Virus record (IMG/VR): IMGVR_UViG_3300045978_000235
Coordinates: 1-26,200 of that record
DNA: 26,200 nt
Reading direction: 5' to 3' (one strand)
Source of the DNA: a virus
Lineage: Duplodnaviria; Caudoviricetes
Position 1 is the stretch's first letter. Each line of letters begins with the position of its first letter. The notes beneath the pieces are model-generated. The model did not search any database and was not told the origin of the DNA. It worked only from the letters and a program-made list of their open reading frames with translations. Positions 16,963 to 24,916 of this stretch are shown one piece after another. Made by a program: the position numbers and the translations under genes.

Positions 16963-17650
16963 GCCGTGGTGAGGTGAGTCCGGCCATGGTCTGCTTCGGT
17001 ATTGGTACGCAGAGCTCTGGTCTGGCGAGCTCGGGAATGGTCCGCCTATGGTGAGTTGCGCTGCGGTAAGCCTTGGTGCGGTCCGGTGGGCTGGGGTATG
17101 GGCGGGGCGTGGTAGTAGTCCGCCTTGGTAGGGTATGGCCCGCTGCAGGTGGAGCCTGGTCTGGTCAGGTCGGTTATGCCGTTGCTGCGGTCAGGTCAGC
17201 TGTGGTGGTGGTCCGGTCAGCCTTGGTTCGCTATGGCTAGGTGGGGCGTGCACCGGCGTGGCTAGTTCTGGTTTAGTTCGCTCTGGTTTGGTTCGCTCTG
17301 GCGCGGCCAGTTGGAGCTCGGTGGGGTATGGTCCGCACAGGTTTGGCAAGGCTGGGCGCTGGTTTGGTCCGCTTCGGCAAGTATTGGTCTGCATTGGTAG
17401 GCCAAGGTCGGTACGGGTGCGGTTCGGTTCGGCGGGGTGTGCTCAGGAATGCTTCGGTGGGCTAGGTTTCGGCTCGGAATGGCCGAGCACGGTGGGGTGT
17501 GGTCCGCTTAGGTACGGCACGCGGTGGTTGGGTCGGTCATGGCGTGGTCGGGCGAGTCGGGGTCGGGTTTGCTCCGGTGCTCTCCGCTATGGTCAGGTCT
17601 GGTTCGCTAAGGTCAGGTGCGGTGTGCAGGGGTTTGCTGTGGTGAGGTCC
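16963..17650 (+). ncRNA. Phased pentamer array (GGY-NN/GCT-NN), about 136 units; candidate guide RNA
   Basis: Manual parse gives 5-nt periodicity across the whole intergenic gap with 8 single-nt slips. In 17421-17650, 44 of 46 units start with G, 29 with GGY and 8 with GCT; positions 4-5 vary freely. The repeat is directly seen; the RNA role is inferred. Confidence 0.8.
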
Positions 17651-17651
17651 C

Positions 17652-18386
17652 ATGAATCGCTCTGAGAGTCTCGCCGCCCTCAGTCTCGCCCTCGCGAAAG
17701 CGCAATTACAAATAGAGTTTGCGGCGAAAGACAGCTCGAATCCCCACTACGGCAGCCACTATGCCGATCTCAGTTCCATCTGGAGTGCCTGCCGCGGACC
17801 CCTCGCCGCCAACGAGCTCGCCATCATCCAGCTGCCCTCCGCCGACGGCAACCTGGTCCGCATGACCACGCTGCTGCTGCACTCGAGCGGCGAATGGCTC
17901 GAATCCGATGTCCTCCAGGTGCAGGCGCGCGACGCGAACCCCCAGGCCATCGGCAGCTGCCTCACGTACCTGCGTCGGTACCAGCTCGCCGCCATTGTCG
18001 GCGTGGCGCCGACCGACAGTGACGATGATGCCGAAGCCGCGGAAGGGAAGCCGCGCGTCGTGCCGGCGAATATCGATCCGAAAACCGGCGAGGAGGTGGG
18101 CGAGCTCAGTACCCTCCCAACCGGCTGGCACTACCTCTCCGACTACCAGCAGCATGGGCCCTGGCACGAATGGCGCGTCTTGAAATGGGACGGCCAAGGC
18201 GGCTCGCTGAAAGTGTCCACCAAGCTGTCGAAGATTGCCGACGATGCCAGGCGCGCCTACGACGCCCATCTGCCGGTGAAACTCGAGGTCAAGCTGAAAC
18301 CGAACAATCCCGGCGAAGCGTACCTGAACGGCGTGCGCGTGATGACCCCGGATGATGTGGTGCCCAGTGACAATATTCCATTCTGA
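17652..18386 (+). CDS. ERF-family single-strand annealing protein
   Basis: ALAKAQ..AAKDSSNPHYGSHYADL, TLLLHSSGEWLES and QAIGSCLTYLRRYQLAAIVGV..DDDAE; C-terminal DNIPF. Confidence 0.92.
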   Translation: MNRSESLAALSLALAKAQLQIEFAAKDSSNPHYGSHYADLSSIWSACRGPLAANELAIIQLPSADGNLVRMTTLLLHSSGEWLESDVLQVQARDANPQAIGSCLTYLRRYQLAAIVGVAPTDSDDDAEAAEGKPRVVPANIDPKTGEEVGELSTLPTGWHYLSDYQQHGPWHEWRVLKWDGQGGSLKVSTKLSKIADDARRAYDAHLPVKLEVKLKPNNPGEAYLNGVRVMTPDDVVPSDNIPF

Positions 18387-18388
18387 CC

Positions 18389-18643
18389 ATGCCAACCCAC
18401 TCGAACGTGCTCTGTGGCTGTGGACGGTTCATGCGCGTGGTACGCAACAGCGTCACCGTCGAAGAACTGACCGATACCGGCGAGCCGTACAAGCTCTGGG
18501 ATGCCGACATGTACCAGTGTGAGGATTGTGGGGCAGTCGTCATCACCGGCTTTGGTCAGCGTCCGATGGCTGAACATTACCAGCCGACGTATGCCAGACA
18601 ACGTACGCGCCTGAGTCCGGTGTTTCCTGGCCGCTGTCGATGA
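18389..18643 (+). CDS. Small zinc-ribbon protein
   Basis: CGCG...CEDC motifs; in operon with ERF. Confidence 0.7.
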   Translation: MPTHSNVLCGCGRFMRVVRNSVTVEELTDTGEPYKLWDADMYQCEDCGAVVITGFGQRPMAEHYQPTYARQRTRLSPVFPGRCR

Positions 18644-18766
18644 CCAGGTTCTGGCGCGTGCTCCTCGGCTTGCTGCTGGATCGCTGGCCGGCACGGCGCC
18701 AGGACCAAACCAGGCTCGAGGTGCTGAAAGCGCTATTGAAACCCTAAACCGATCTGCGAGGTATCC

Positions 18767-19126
18767 ATGTGGGCGAAGCTGGACGATGCCATGTTTGACC
18801 ATCCGAAACTGGTGAAGGCGGGACGCTATATCGGTCGTCAAGGGTTCCCGATTGCCGTCGGCACTTACACCCTCGGATTGCTCTACGCGGCCAAGCATCT
18901 GACCGACGGAAGGATTCCCTTAGACGTCGTAAGAGACTCCTTTAGGTTAGGTAAGGGATACCTAAGCGTCGCTCAAGCGATGACTAAAGCGCACCTATGG
19001 GAGTCCTATGAGCACGGTTACGTCATCCACGACTACCAGGAATGGAACGGCTCAGCTGCTGACATTAAAGCCCAGCGAGTCAAGGAGAAGGCGCGAAAAC
19101 ATCAGGCGCGGTGGAGGAAGAAATGA
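18767..19126 (+). CDS. Replication initiator-like protein (N-terminal domain)
   Basis: MWAKLDDAMFDHPKL, LTDGRIP and GYVIHDYQEWN resemble phage replisome-organiser N-termini. Confidence 0.65.
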   Translation: MWAKLDDAMFDHPKLVKAGRYIGRQGFPIAVGTYTLGLLYAAKHLTDGRIPLDVVRDSFRLGKGYLSVAQAMTKAHLWESYEHGYVIHDYQEWNGSAADIKAQRVKEKARKHQARWRKK

Positions 19127-19293
19127 CCCCCCCTGCGCGCGAAATGCGCGAGCGGAATCCGCGCGCGCTGCGCGAAGGTGCGCGAATACCCCGTCCCGTC
19201 CCGTCCGTACGTACGTACGTACGTACTCTCTCGATCTGTACCTTACGTTGGAGAGATCAGGTCCTGGCCACCCCACAGGTGCGGCACCCATGA
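19123..19293 (+). CDS. Possible 56-aa ORF spanning the repeat region between replication genes
   Basis: ATGA overlaps at both ends (19123-19126 and 19290-19293), but low-complexity sequence. Confidence 0.35.
   Translation: MTPPAREMRERNPRALREGARIPRPVPSVRTYVRTLSICTLRWRDQVLATPQVRHP
19190..19226. repeat. (CCCGT)3 and (GTAC)5 microsatellites; candidate replication origin region
   Basis: CCCGT at 19190, 19195 and 19200; GTAC x5 at 19207-19226. Confidence 0.6.
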
Positions 19294-19736
19294 CACCCAC
19301 TGAATTTCAAAAACTCTTTCGCGACATGGTCGTCGCCTTTCAACCCAGACCCCTGGGACCAACCGCGTTGGGGACGTACTACGACGCCCTCAAGGCCTAT
19401 CCGCTCGATGTGGTCGCCCACACCGCGCGACTCATCGTGCGAACCCATCGCTTTTTTCCGAGTGTCTCGGAATGGGTGATTCCGACGAAGGAATTGGCGG
19501 CTCGGCGCCAACATGCCAAGCATCAACTCGTCTGTCCTTCATGCCGTGGACGCGGCTTGATCAAGATCACCTATCGCTCAGGCGAACCGTTCGACGTGGC
19601 GATCTGTGGCTGTCTCGGCGGTCTGGCGTATCGGCAGGCCGATCCCAACCTGATTCGATGGCAGTTGAAGCTCAGCGAGGATGCGCGCATTGCGTATCTC
19701 GAAGATTTTGAGGATTCTGAAAAACTCGAAAGCTAA
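19290..19736 (+). CDS. Helicase loader/inhibitor-like replication protein with zinc finger (148 aa)
   Basis: Start reassigned to ATG 19290. YYDALKAYPLDVV..FFPSVSE pattern, then CPSCRGRG..CGC. Confidence 0.6.
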   Translation: MTPTEFQKLFRDMVVAFQPRPLGPTALGTYYDALKAYPLDVVAHTARLIVRTHRFFPSVSEWVIPTKELAARRQHAKHQLVCPSCRGRGLIKITYRSGEPFDVAICGCLGGLAYRQADPNLIRWQLKLSEDARIAYLEDFEDSEKLES

Positions 19737-19750
19737 AAGGGGAGAACCAC

Positions 19751-19894
19751 ATGCCAACCTGGCTGACTATCGCCGCATTCCTGACCCTGCTGGCCTTCCT
19801 GCTGACTCTGGCGGCGGCCATGGGGCGCGTACCGCTCTGGGCGGCCGTGCTCCTTCTGTCGCTGGTGGAGCTGCTGCGGACCTGGCCGCGATGA
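19751..19894 (+). CDS. 47-aa two-helix membrane protein (not in the ORF track)
   Basis: GGGGAG RBS upstream. MPTWLTIAAFLTLLAFLLTLAAAMGRVPLWAAVLLLSLVELLRTWPR; ATGA overlap with the next gene. Confidence 0.7.
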   Translation: MPTWLTIAAFLTLLAFLLTLAAAMGRVPLWAAVLLLSLVELLRTWPR

Positions 19895-20175
19895 TCAATG
19901 GCAAGCGTAAAGGCTCACGCGCCGAGCGTCGTGCCATCCGCATCCTCGAAGCCGCGGGCTACGTCTGCACCAAGGCTGGTGGCAGCCTGGGCATGTTCGA
20001 CGTCATCGGCATCGGTCCGCGCGACATCCGCTGCCTGCAAGTCAAAGCCGGCGCCCAGTACTGCTCGGCCATTGAACGCGAACAGATGACCGAGCTCACC
20101 GTGCCGGCGAATGTCAGCAAGGAAATCTGGCGATTCCCGGATCGCTGCAAGGAACCGAGTCGCGAAACACTGTGA
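19891..20175 (+). CDS. Hjc-type PD-(D/E)xK Holliday junction resolvase (94 aa)
   Basis: Start reassigned to ATG 19891. KRKGSRAERRA..LEAAGY..GSLGMFDVIGI..LQVK. Confidence 0.8.
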   Translation: MINGKRKGSRAERRAIRILEAAGYVCTKAGGSLGMFDVIGIGPRDIRCLQVKAGAQYCSAIEREQMTELTVPANVSKEIWRFPDRCKEPSRETL

Positions 20176-20182
20176 GGCTGTG

Positions 20183-20371
20183 ATGGAACCGTGGATCGCT
20201 GCCGTGGAACAGGCCTTTCGCCAGCACACCAAGCCGCGCATTTTCCTGCTGGTCAGTTGGGACCAGGCCAAGGCGCTCAGCCGCGGCACCCTCCCGCCCA
20301 AGGTTCAGGAGCAAGCCGCGCACATGATCAGCTACGAACCACCCAAGGCGAAAAAGAAGGCGCGCCGATGA
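20183..20371 (+). CDS. Hypothetical protein (62 aa)
   Basis: ATG 20183; first in a chain of ATGA-coupled ORFs. Confidence 0.55.
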   Translation: MEPWIAAVEQAFRQHTKPRIFLLVSWDQAKALSRGTLPPKVQEQAAHMISYEPPKAKKKARR

Positions 20372-20559
20372 AAGAACCAGACGTCAACAAAATCGTGGTC
20401 AGGCTTCCTTTGACGCATGGGGAAACAAAGACCTTGCTCGATGTGCTGGATCGGATCCACACCCAGGCGATTCGTACGCCGGAGCTCTCCGATCAGCACC
20501 GGAACGACATCCAGTGGATGCTTGATCTGCTGCAGTGGCATCTCCAGAAGGCCCAATGA
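20368..20559 (+). CDS. Hypothetical protein (63 aa)
   Basis: ATGA overlaps at both ends. Confidence 0.6.
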   Translation: MKEPDVNKIVVRLPLTHGETKTLLDVLDRIHTQAIRTPELSDQHRNDIQWMLDLLQWHLQKAQ

Positions 20560-20798
20560 TCACCGACGCGGAATGGCTCGCCGGCCTCCGGCTCGCGCAA
20601 CAGGTGGACCACACCTGTCATCAGCAGCCGTCCATCGTGGTCTGGCTGGCCTGCTGCTGGATCCTTGCGCGCCTGATTCTCCACTGGGAACAACGTGATG
20701 TCACCGTGCGCGAGGATGTCCTGCACGGCATCGTGCGCCAGGTGCGGCTCTGTCTCGATGAGCTCGAGAAGGAACGTCCCCGTACGACCGCTCATTGA
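20556..20798 (+). CDS. Hypothetical protein (80 aa)
   Basis: ATGA overlap with the upstream ORF. Confidence 0.6.
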   Translation: MITDAEWLAGLRLAQQVDHTCHQQPSIVVWLACCWILARLILHWEQRDVTVREDVLHGIVRQVRLCLDELEKERPRTTAH

Positions 20799-20804
20799 AC
20801 GCAC

Positions 20805-21305
20805 ATGGTAATTGCCTATGCTGATCCACCGTATTTGGGTCAGGCGGCGAAACACTACCAGCGAGCCGAAGTCAATCATCGGCTCCTCATCGCGCATCTC
20901 TGTGACGAATTCCCTGATGGATGGGCTTTGTCCTGTTCAACAAGCTCCTTACAAGACCTCCTGTCGATGTGTCCATTACCTGTCAGGGTCGCCGCCTGGG
21001 TGAAACCGTACGTGCCCTTCAAAGTCGGCATCAATCCTGCCTATGCGTGGGAACCCGTCATTTTTCGTGGCGGGCGCCGTCGAGAACGAACAGAACCAAC
21101 CGTCCGCGATTGGTGTCTGGCCCATATCACCATGCAGCGAGGGTTAGTAGGAGCCAAGCCGGAAGCCTTTAGCTTTTGGCTGTTTGCATTACTGGGTTTG
21201 CAACCCACGGACACCTTTGTTGACCTATTCCCAGGAACGGGAGGCGTCAGTCAGGCTTGGGAATCCTACCGGCGACAACAAACATTGAAACTCGTATTTA
21301 GATAA
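20805..21305 (+). CDS. Compact amino (N6A/N4C) DNA methyltransferase, beta motif order
   Basis: Catalytic YADPPY at the N-terminus and SAM-binding VDLFPGTG at the C-terminus. Confidence 0.8.
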   Translation: MVIAYADPPYLGQAAKHYQRAEVNHRLLIAHLCDEFPDGWALSCSTSSLQDLLSMCPLPVRVAAWVKPYVPFKVGINPAYAWEPVIFRGGRRRERTEPTVRDWCLAHITMQRGLVGAKPEAFSFWLFALLGLQPTDTFVDLFPGTGGVSQAWESYRRQQTLKLVFR

Positions 21306-21325
21306 TCGCCCCACAGGAGCTGCCT

Positions 21326-22906
21326 ATGTCTCTTCCGATTGTTCCCGGCGGCGAAGGCTACGCAATGTCCATGCGCGCCGCCTACGGTCAAGCCGGTGTC
21401 GCACCAGCCATCCTGCGCGTGACCACCCTGGCTGACCGTGGCGCCGGCTCGCTCCGCGAAGCCCTCGAGACCACCACGCCGCGCGTGATCATCTTCGAGA
21501 TCAGCGGAACCATTGCCCTCGAGAGCGACATCCGCTTGGTCTCGCCGTTTGTCACCGTGGCCGGCCAGACCGCGCCATCGCCAGGGATCCTGATCCGCAA
21601 CTTCGGCATCAGCATCACGACGCACGATGTGTTCTTACAACATCTCCGCATTCGCGCCGGTGATGGTCCGCCCTTTTTGACGCCGACAGCGGACCATGAT
21701 GGGCTGAGCCTGTACTACGACGGCGTCTTCAACGTCGTCGTGGACCATTGCTCGATCAGCTGGGCGGCAGGCAAGTCATCCAGCGTCTACAACATCGCTG
21801 ACGAGGGCGAGGTCTGTTACTGGCAGAACATCCTGAGTGAAGCCCTGCTCTACGCGAAAAACTGCGATTGGGGCGCGCCCGATGCCGCCGGTGTCGGTCC
21901 CTCGAGTCTCGCCCTGCTGCTGAAGCAGAGCGAAGCCGGTGTGCCGAGCTACGTATCCCTGCTCGGCAATCTGTTCGCACACTGCGCCGCGCGCAATCCT
22001 GAAATTCAGGGGCCGGTGCATCTGCAGATGGTGAACAACGTCGTGTATGACTGGGGGAAAGATGACCGGGACAGCTATCAGTGGGCGACGCTCACGTACG
22101 GCATCAGTGGGGAGGCGCCGCCCAAGCTCGCCATCGTCGGCAATGTCTACAAGGCTGGCCCTGGTCCGCATCCCTTCACGCCGTTGTACGCGGTGGGCGA
22201 GTGGAGTGCCGTGGATGGCTCCGAGCTCTACCTCCACGACAACCGCTGTGATGGTGCTGAGCCATACTTCACGAACCATGTGGATCATCGAGTGACCGCA
22301 CCGCCGGTGCCTATTCAGGATCTGAGTATCCTGCCCTCGAGCGAGGTGGAAGCGAGTGTGCTGGCGCGTGCCGGTTGTCGTCCTGCTGATCGTGATAGCG
22401 TGGATCGCCGAATCATCCAGGAAGTCCAGGCACGGACTGGGACCGTCATCAGCAGCCAGGATCAAGTCGGCGGCTGGCCGGCTCTGGCGTCGGCGACGCG
22501 CGCCCTGACCGTCCCTGCCGATCCCCACACCCTGCAACCGAGCGGTTATACCGCCTTGGAAGAATGGCTGCACACCTATGCACGCGAAGTTGAAGGCGCT
22601 ACCCCAGTCGTGCGAGCGGAAGTCGCCTTCGACTATCGCGAGGAGGATCTGATGCGCTACAAGGTCACGCACTTCGAGGGCTCTTGGAATGAGGCACCCT
22701 TCGAGCTGCTGCACGCCAAAGAAGTCACGCTGCCCGACACACCAGCCGGCAGCAAGTCCTACACCGTGACGCCACCACCAGGCGCCCGAACATTCGCCGT
22801 CCGCGCGGCGAATGTGAAGGGTGGTGGTGTGGCGTCCAGCTTTTCCGTGATGACGGTTCCGCTGGTCCCGCCGCAACAGGTGCGGATCATCTCGAGCGTG
22901 CGATGA
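21326..22906 (+). CDS. Pectate lyase-like (PL1-type beta-helix) protein with C-terminal FN3-like domain
   Basis: RBS AGGAG. PGGEGYA, VTTLADRGAGSLREAL, PRVIIFEISGTIAL, TVAGQTAPSPGI, VVVDHCSISW and ARNP motifs. Confidence 0.85.
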   Translation: MSLPIVPGGEGYAMSMRAAYGQAGVAPAILRVTTLADRGAGSLREALETTTPRVIIFEISGTIALESDIRLVSPFVTVAGQTAPSPGILIRNFGISITTHDVFLQHLRIRAGDGPPFLTPTADHDGLSLYYDGVFNVVVDHCSISWAAGKSSSVYNIADEGEVCYWQNILSEALLYAKNCDWGAPDAAGVGPSSLALLLKQSEAGVPSYVSLLGNLFAHCAARNPEIQGPVHLQMVNNVVYDWGKDDRDSYQWATLTYGISGEAPPKLAIVGNVYKAGPGPHPFTPLYAVGEWSAVDGSELYLHDNRCDGAEPYFTNHVDHRVTAPPVPIQDLSILPSSEVEASVLARAGCRPADRDSVDRRIIQEVQARTGTVISSQDQVGGWPALASATRALTVPADPHTLQPSGYTALEEWLHTYAREVEGATPVVRAEVAFDYREEDLMRYKVTHFEGSWNEAPFELLHAKEVTLPDTPAGSKSYTVTPPPGARTFAVRAANVKGGGVASSFSVMTVPLVPPQQVRIISSVR

Positions 22907-23160
22907 AAACCACTATTGATCCGGCGCGCGTGGATGAACTGGGCTTCCTGTTCGCACAGAAGATGAAACAGACCCTGGCCGGCGAGGATTGGGCCGTCGT
23001 GGTCTGTGCCTGCAACTGGATCCTGGCGGAAAGCGTGGTACAGATCGCCGCCACTGGTCGCAGCTCGGCGGAACATACCATCGGCGTCTTGAGCGGGCAG
23101 TTGATGCTGTTCGTGGATCGGCTCTCGGAAACTGGGGATCCGCCAGCGACGCTGCACTGA
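22903..23160 (+). CDS. Hypothetical protein (85 aa)
   Basis: ATGA overlap with the lyase; abuts the next gene. Confidence 0.6.
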   Translation: MKTTIDPARVDELGFLFAQKMKQTLAGEDWAVVVCACNWILAESVVQIAATGRSSAEHTIGVLSGQLMLFVDRLSETGDPPATLH

Positions 23161-23691
23161 ATGCTCATCTTGGATTTATGCGGCGGTTCAGGGAGTTGGT
23201 CCAAACCGTATCGTGATGCCGGCTATGATGTCGAAATCATCGATCCGATTGCGAGCACGGGAGATGTTCGGTTGTTGACCTGGCGCCGGTTCCCGGTCTA
23301 CGGCGTACTGGCGGCTCCACCCTGTACGGTCTGGAGTTATGCCAGGAATCGCTATCCCGCTACGAACGATGAAATTCTCGGATCCTTGAGCGTGGTGGAT
23401 GCCTGTTTACGGATCGTGGCAGTCCAACGTCCCAGATTTTGGGCGTTAGAAAATCCGCGGAATCATCTGCGGCGCTATCTGGGACCGGCCAGGCTCGAAT
23501 TCTATCAATGGGAATATGGCGATGCGGGACACAAACCGACGTGCATCTGGGGCGATTTCGTACCGCCATTCAAGGCGCCTCGAGCCCGGTTGAAACCGAG
23601 TACGTATCACACTCGGTTCGCGAACGCGGTCCCAGCTGATGCCATCACGCCAGCGCATTTCGCTCAAGCGTTTTTCGCCGCGAATCCCTGA
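23161..23691 (+). CDS. Compact C5-cytosine DNA methyltransferase-like protein
   Basis: Motif I LDLCGGSG, motif IV AAPPCT, motif VI ALENP. Confidence 0.8.
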   Translation: MLILDLCGGSGSWSKPYRDAGYDVEIIDPIASTGDVRLLTWRRFPVYGVLAAPPCTVWSYARNRYPATNDEILGSLSVVDACLRIVAVQRPRFWALENPRNHLRRYLGPARLEFYQWEYGDAGHKPTCIWGDFVPPFKAPRARLKPSTYHTRFANAVPADAITPAHFAQAFFAANP

Positions 23692-23692
23692 A

Positions 23693-24001
23693 ATGCAGTA
23701 CTGCACCCAGCCTGGCTGTTCCATCCTCGTCCCTCGTGGACGCTGTCGTGTGCATGCATCCATCGGACGTGAACTCTCAGGTCGGCGTACGTGGTACTAC
23801 ACCGCACGCTGGGCTAGACTCCGTCAGCGCATCTGTGTGGAACAGGTCTATGCCTGTGCCTCCTGTGGTCAGGTCACCACCGAGCTCGAGATCGATCACA
23901 TCCGCAAGCATGAGGGTGACCCTGGTCTGTTCTGGAATAGGGCCAATCTCCAAGGGCTCTGTTCCCTGTGTCATACGCGCAAAACCAGGCGAGGTGAATA
24001 G
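23693..24001 (+). CDS. HNH endonuclease (HK97 gp74-like, 102 aa)
   Basis: Start reassigned to ATG 23693. CTQPGC..C..H, CASC, EIDHI, NLQGLCSLCHTRKT. Confidence 0.92.
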   Translation: MQYCTQPGCSILVPRGRCRVHASIGRELSGRRTWYYTARWARLRQRICVEQVYACASCGQVTTELEIDHIRKHEGDPGLFWNRANLQGLCSLCHTRKTRRGE

Positions 24002-24012
24002 GGGAGAATGCT

Positions 24013-24246
24013 ATGGAACGCCGTGAATTAATGAAACTCGCGAGTGCCTTTGCGCTATTGGGTGTCCAAGGCAAGTTATCCACCCTCGAGGCGAGTACGC
24101 GCCCAGTGCTCGCTATTCTTGAAGTGGATTCGCCTGTGCCTAGCGAGATCGCGCAGCAGATGCATACGCAGATGCAGTCTCGTCAGTCACGGCTCGCTCC
24201 CACTATAGCAGCGAGAGCACCGAGGAGGAAAGAGCGAGCACCATGA
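24013..24246 (+). CDS. Hypothetical protein with twin-arginine-like N-terminus
   Basis: RBS GGGGAG; MERRELMKLASAFALLG. Confidence 0.55.
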   Translation: MERRELMKLASAFALLGVQGKLSTLEASTRPVLAILEVDSPVPSEIAQQMHTQMQSRQSRLAPTIAARAPRRKERAP

Positions 24247-24437
24247 CGACCAACCGCCAGTACGCCGACGACGAAGGCACGTTCGGCACCGATCGCCCGA
24301 CGCTCACCAAGTGCCGACGCTGTTCCGGCCGCGTCGTCTACCGCGCGTGGGAGTCGTTCGACGGCGGCTATGAGGATTATCAGTACCGTTGTACCGAATG
24401 CGGGTACGTGTGGTGGGTCGACGGGGTCGACAGCTGA
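24243..24437 (+). CDS. Small zinc-ribbon protein
   Basis: CRRC...CTEC; ATGA overlap. Confidence 0.7.
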   Translation: MTTNRQYADDEGTFGTDRPTLTKCRRCSGRVVYRAWESFDGGYEDYQYRCTECGYVWWVDGVDS

Positions 24438-24477
24438 TGCAGTGGTTTGGGCCATATTGTCGAAAGGGTCGTGAAGG

Positions 24478-24765
24478 ATGCCCGACTGTACATGTCTCGG
24501 TACTTGCAAAGGGAAGGAAGGACTTAGTCCAGGATGGCGGTGCGCATTGGAGGCTCAAGACGAAAGAGCCATTGAGCGTGTTCGCGACATCCTCACGAAC
24601 GTCTATGAACCACCACGCACGCTTCCTCGACGACTGGGCCTGATGGCCGAAGCAATAGTGAGCGCGAAGGTGGGGCCGCAAGCCAGATTCTTTACGCGTG
24701 AACGCGTTGACGAAATCGTGGTGCTCCTCCGAGAGGCGGAGAAAATTATTCTGGAGGGGCGATGA
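24478..24765 (+). CDS. Hypothetical protein (95 aa)
   Basis: Cys-rich N-terminus and helical C-terminus; ends just before the first dual-repeat array. Confidence 0.5.
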   Translation: MPDCTCLGTCKGKEGLSPGWRCALEAQDERAIERVRDILTNVYEPPRTLPRRLGLMAEAIVSAKVGPQARFFTRERVDEIVVLLREAEKIILEGR

Positions 24766-24787
24766 AGGGATGGCGTCCCTGAACGAG

Positions 24788-24905
24788 GAGCGAGCCGATC
24801 CAGTTGACCGACACGACAAGTGCGAGCGAGCCGAGTTCGACGTGAGGACCGTTGCAGCCGAGCGAGCCGGACTCAGGGAGAGGACCGAACGAAACAGAGC
24901 GATTG
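24788..24905 (+). repeat. TIGR-like dual-repeat mini-array (3 units, 36-nt period)
   Basis: GAGCGAGCCG at 24788, 24824 and 24860, degenerate at 24897. Second repeat GACCGACACG/GTGAGGACCG/GAGAGGACCG at 24806, 24842 and 24878. Variable segments are 8-9 nt. Confidence 0.75.
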
Positions 24906-24916
24906 AAATAGGAGGG

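Noticed and set aside
17135-17665. 176-aa G/R/S/W-rich ORF
   Set aside because: Translation of the 5-nt repeat tract, which is poor in stop codons. No RBS, and a period of 5 does not fit selection on codons.
19008-19289. Long N-terminal extensions of ORFs 19008-19736, 19681-20175, 15888-16229, 12460-13170 and 23639-24001
   Set aside because: They overlap upstream genes; downstream ATGs with stop/start coupling or an RBS fit better.
23791-23798. Self-target of the first main-array spacer (GTGGTACT in the HNH gene)
   Set aside because: An 8-nt match is expected by chance in 26 kb, and the partner spacer does not match alongside. A systematic search was not possible.
24698-24916. N-terminal extension of ORF 24698-25156
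   Set aside because: It runs through the first array; a clear RBS precedes ATG 24917/24920.
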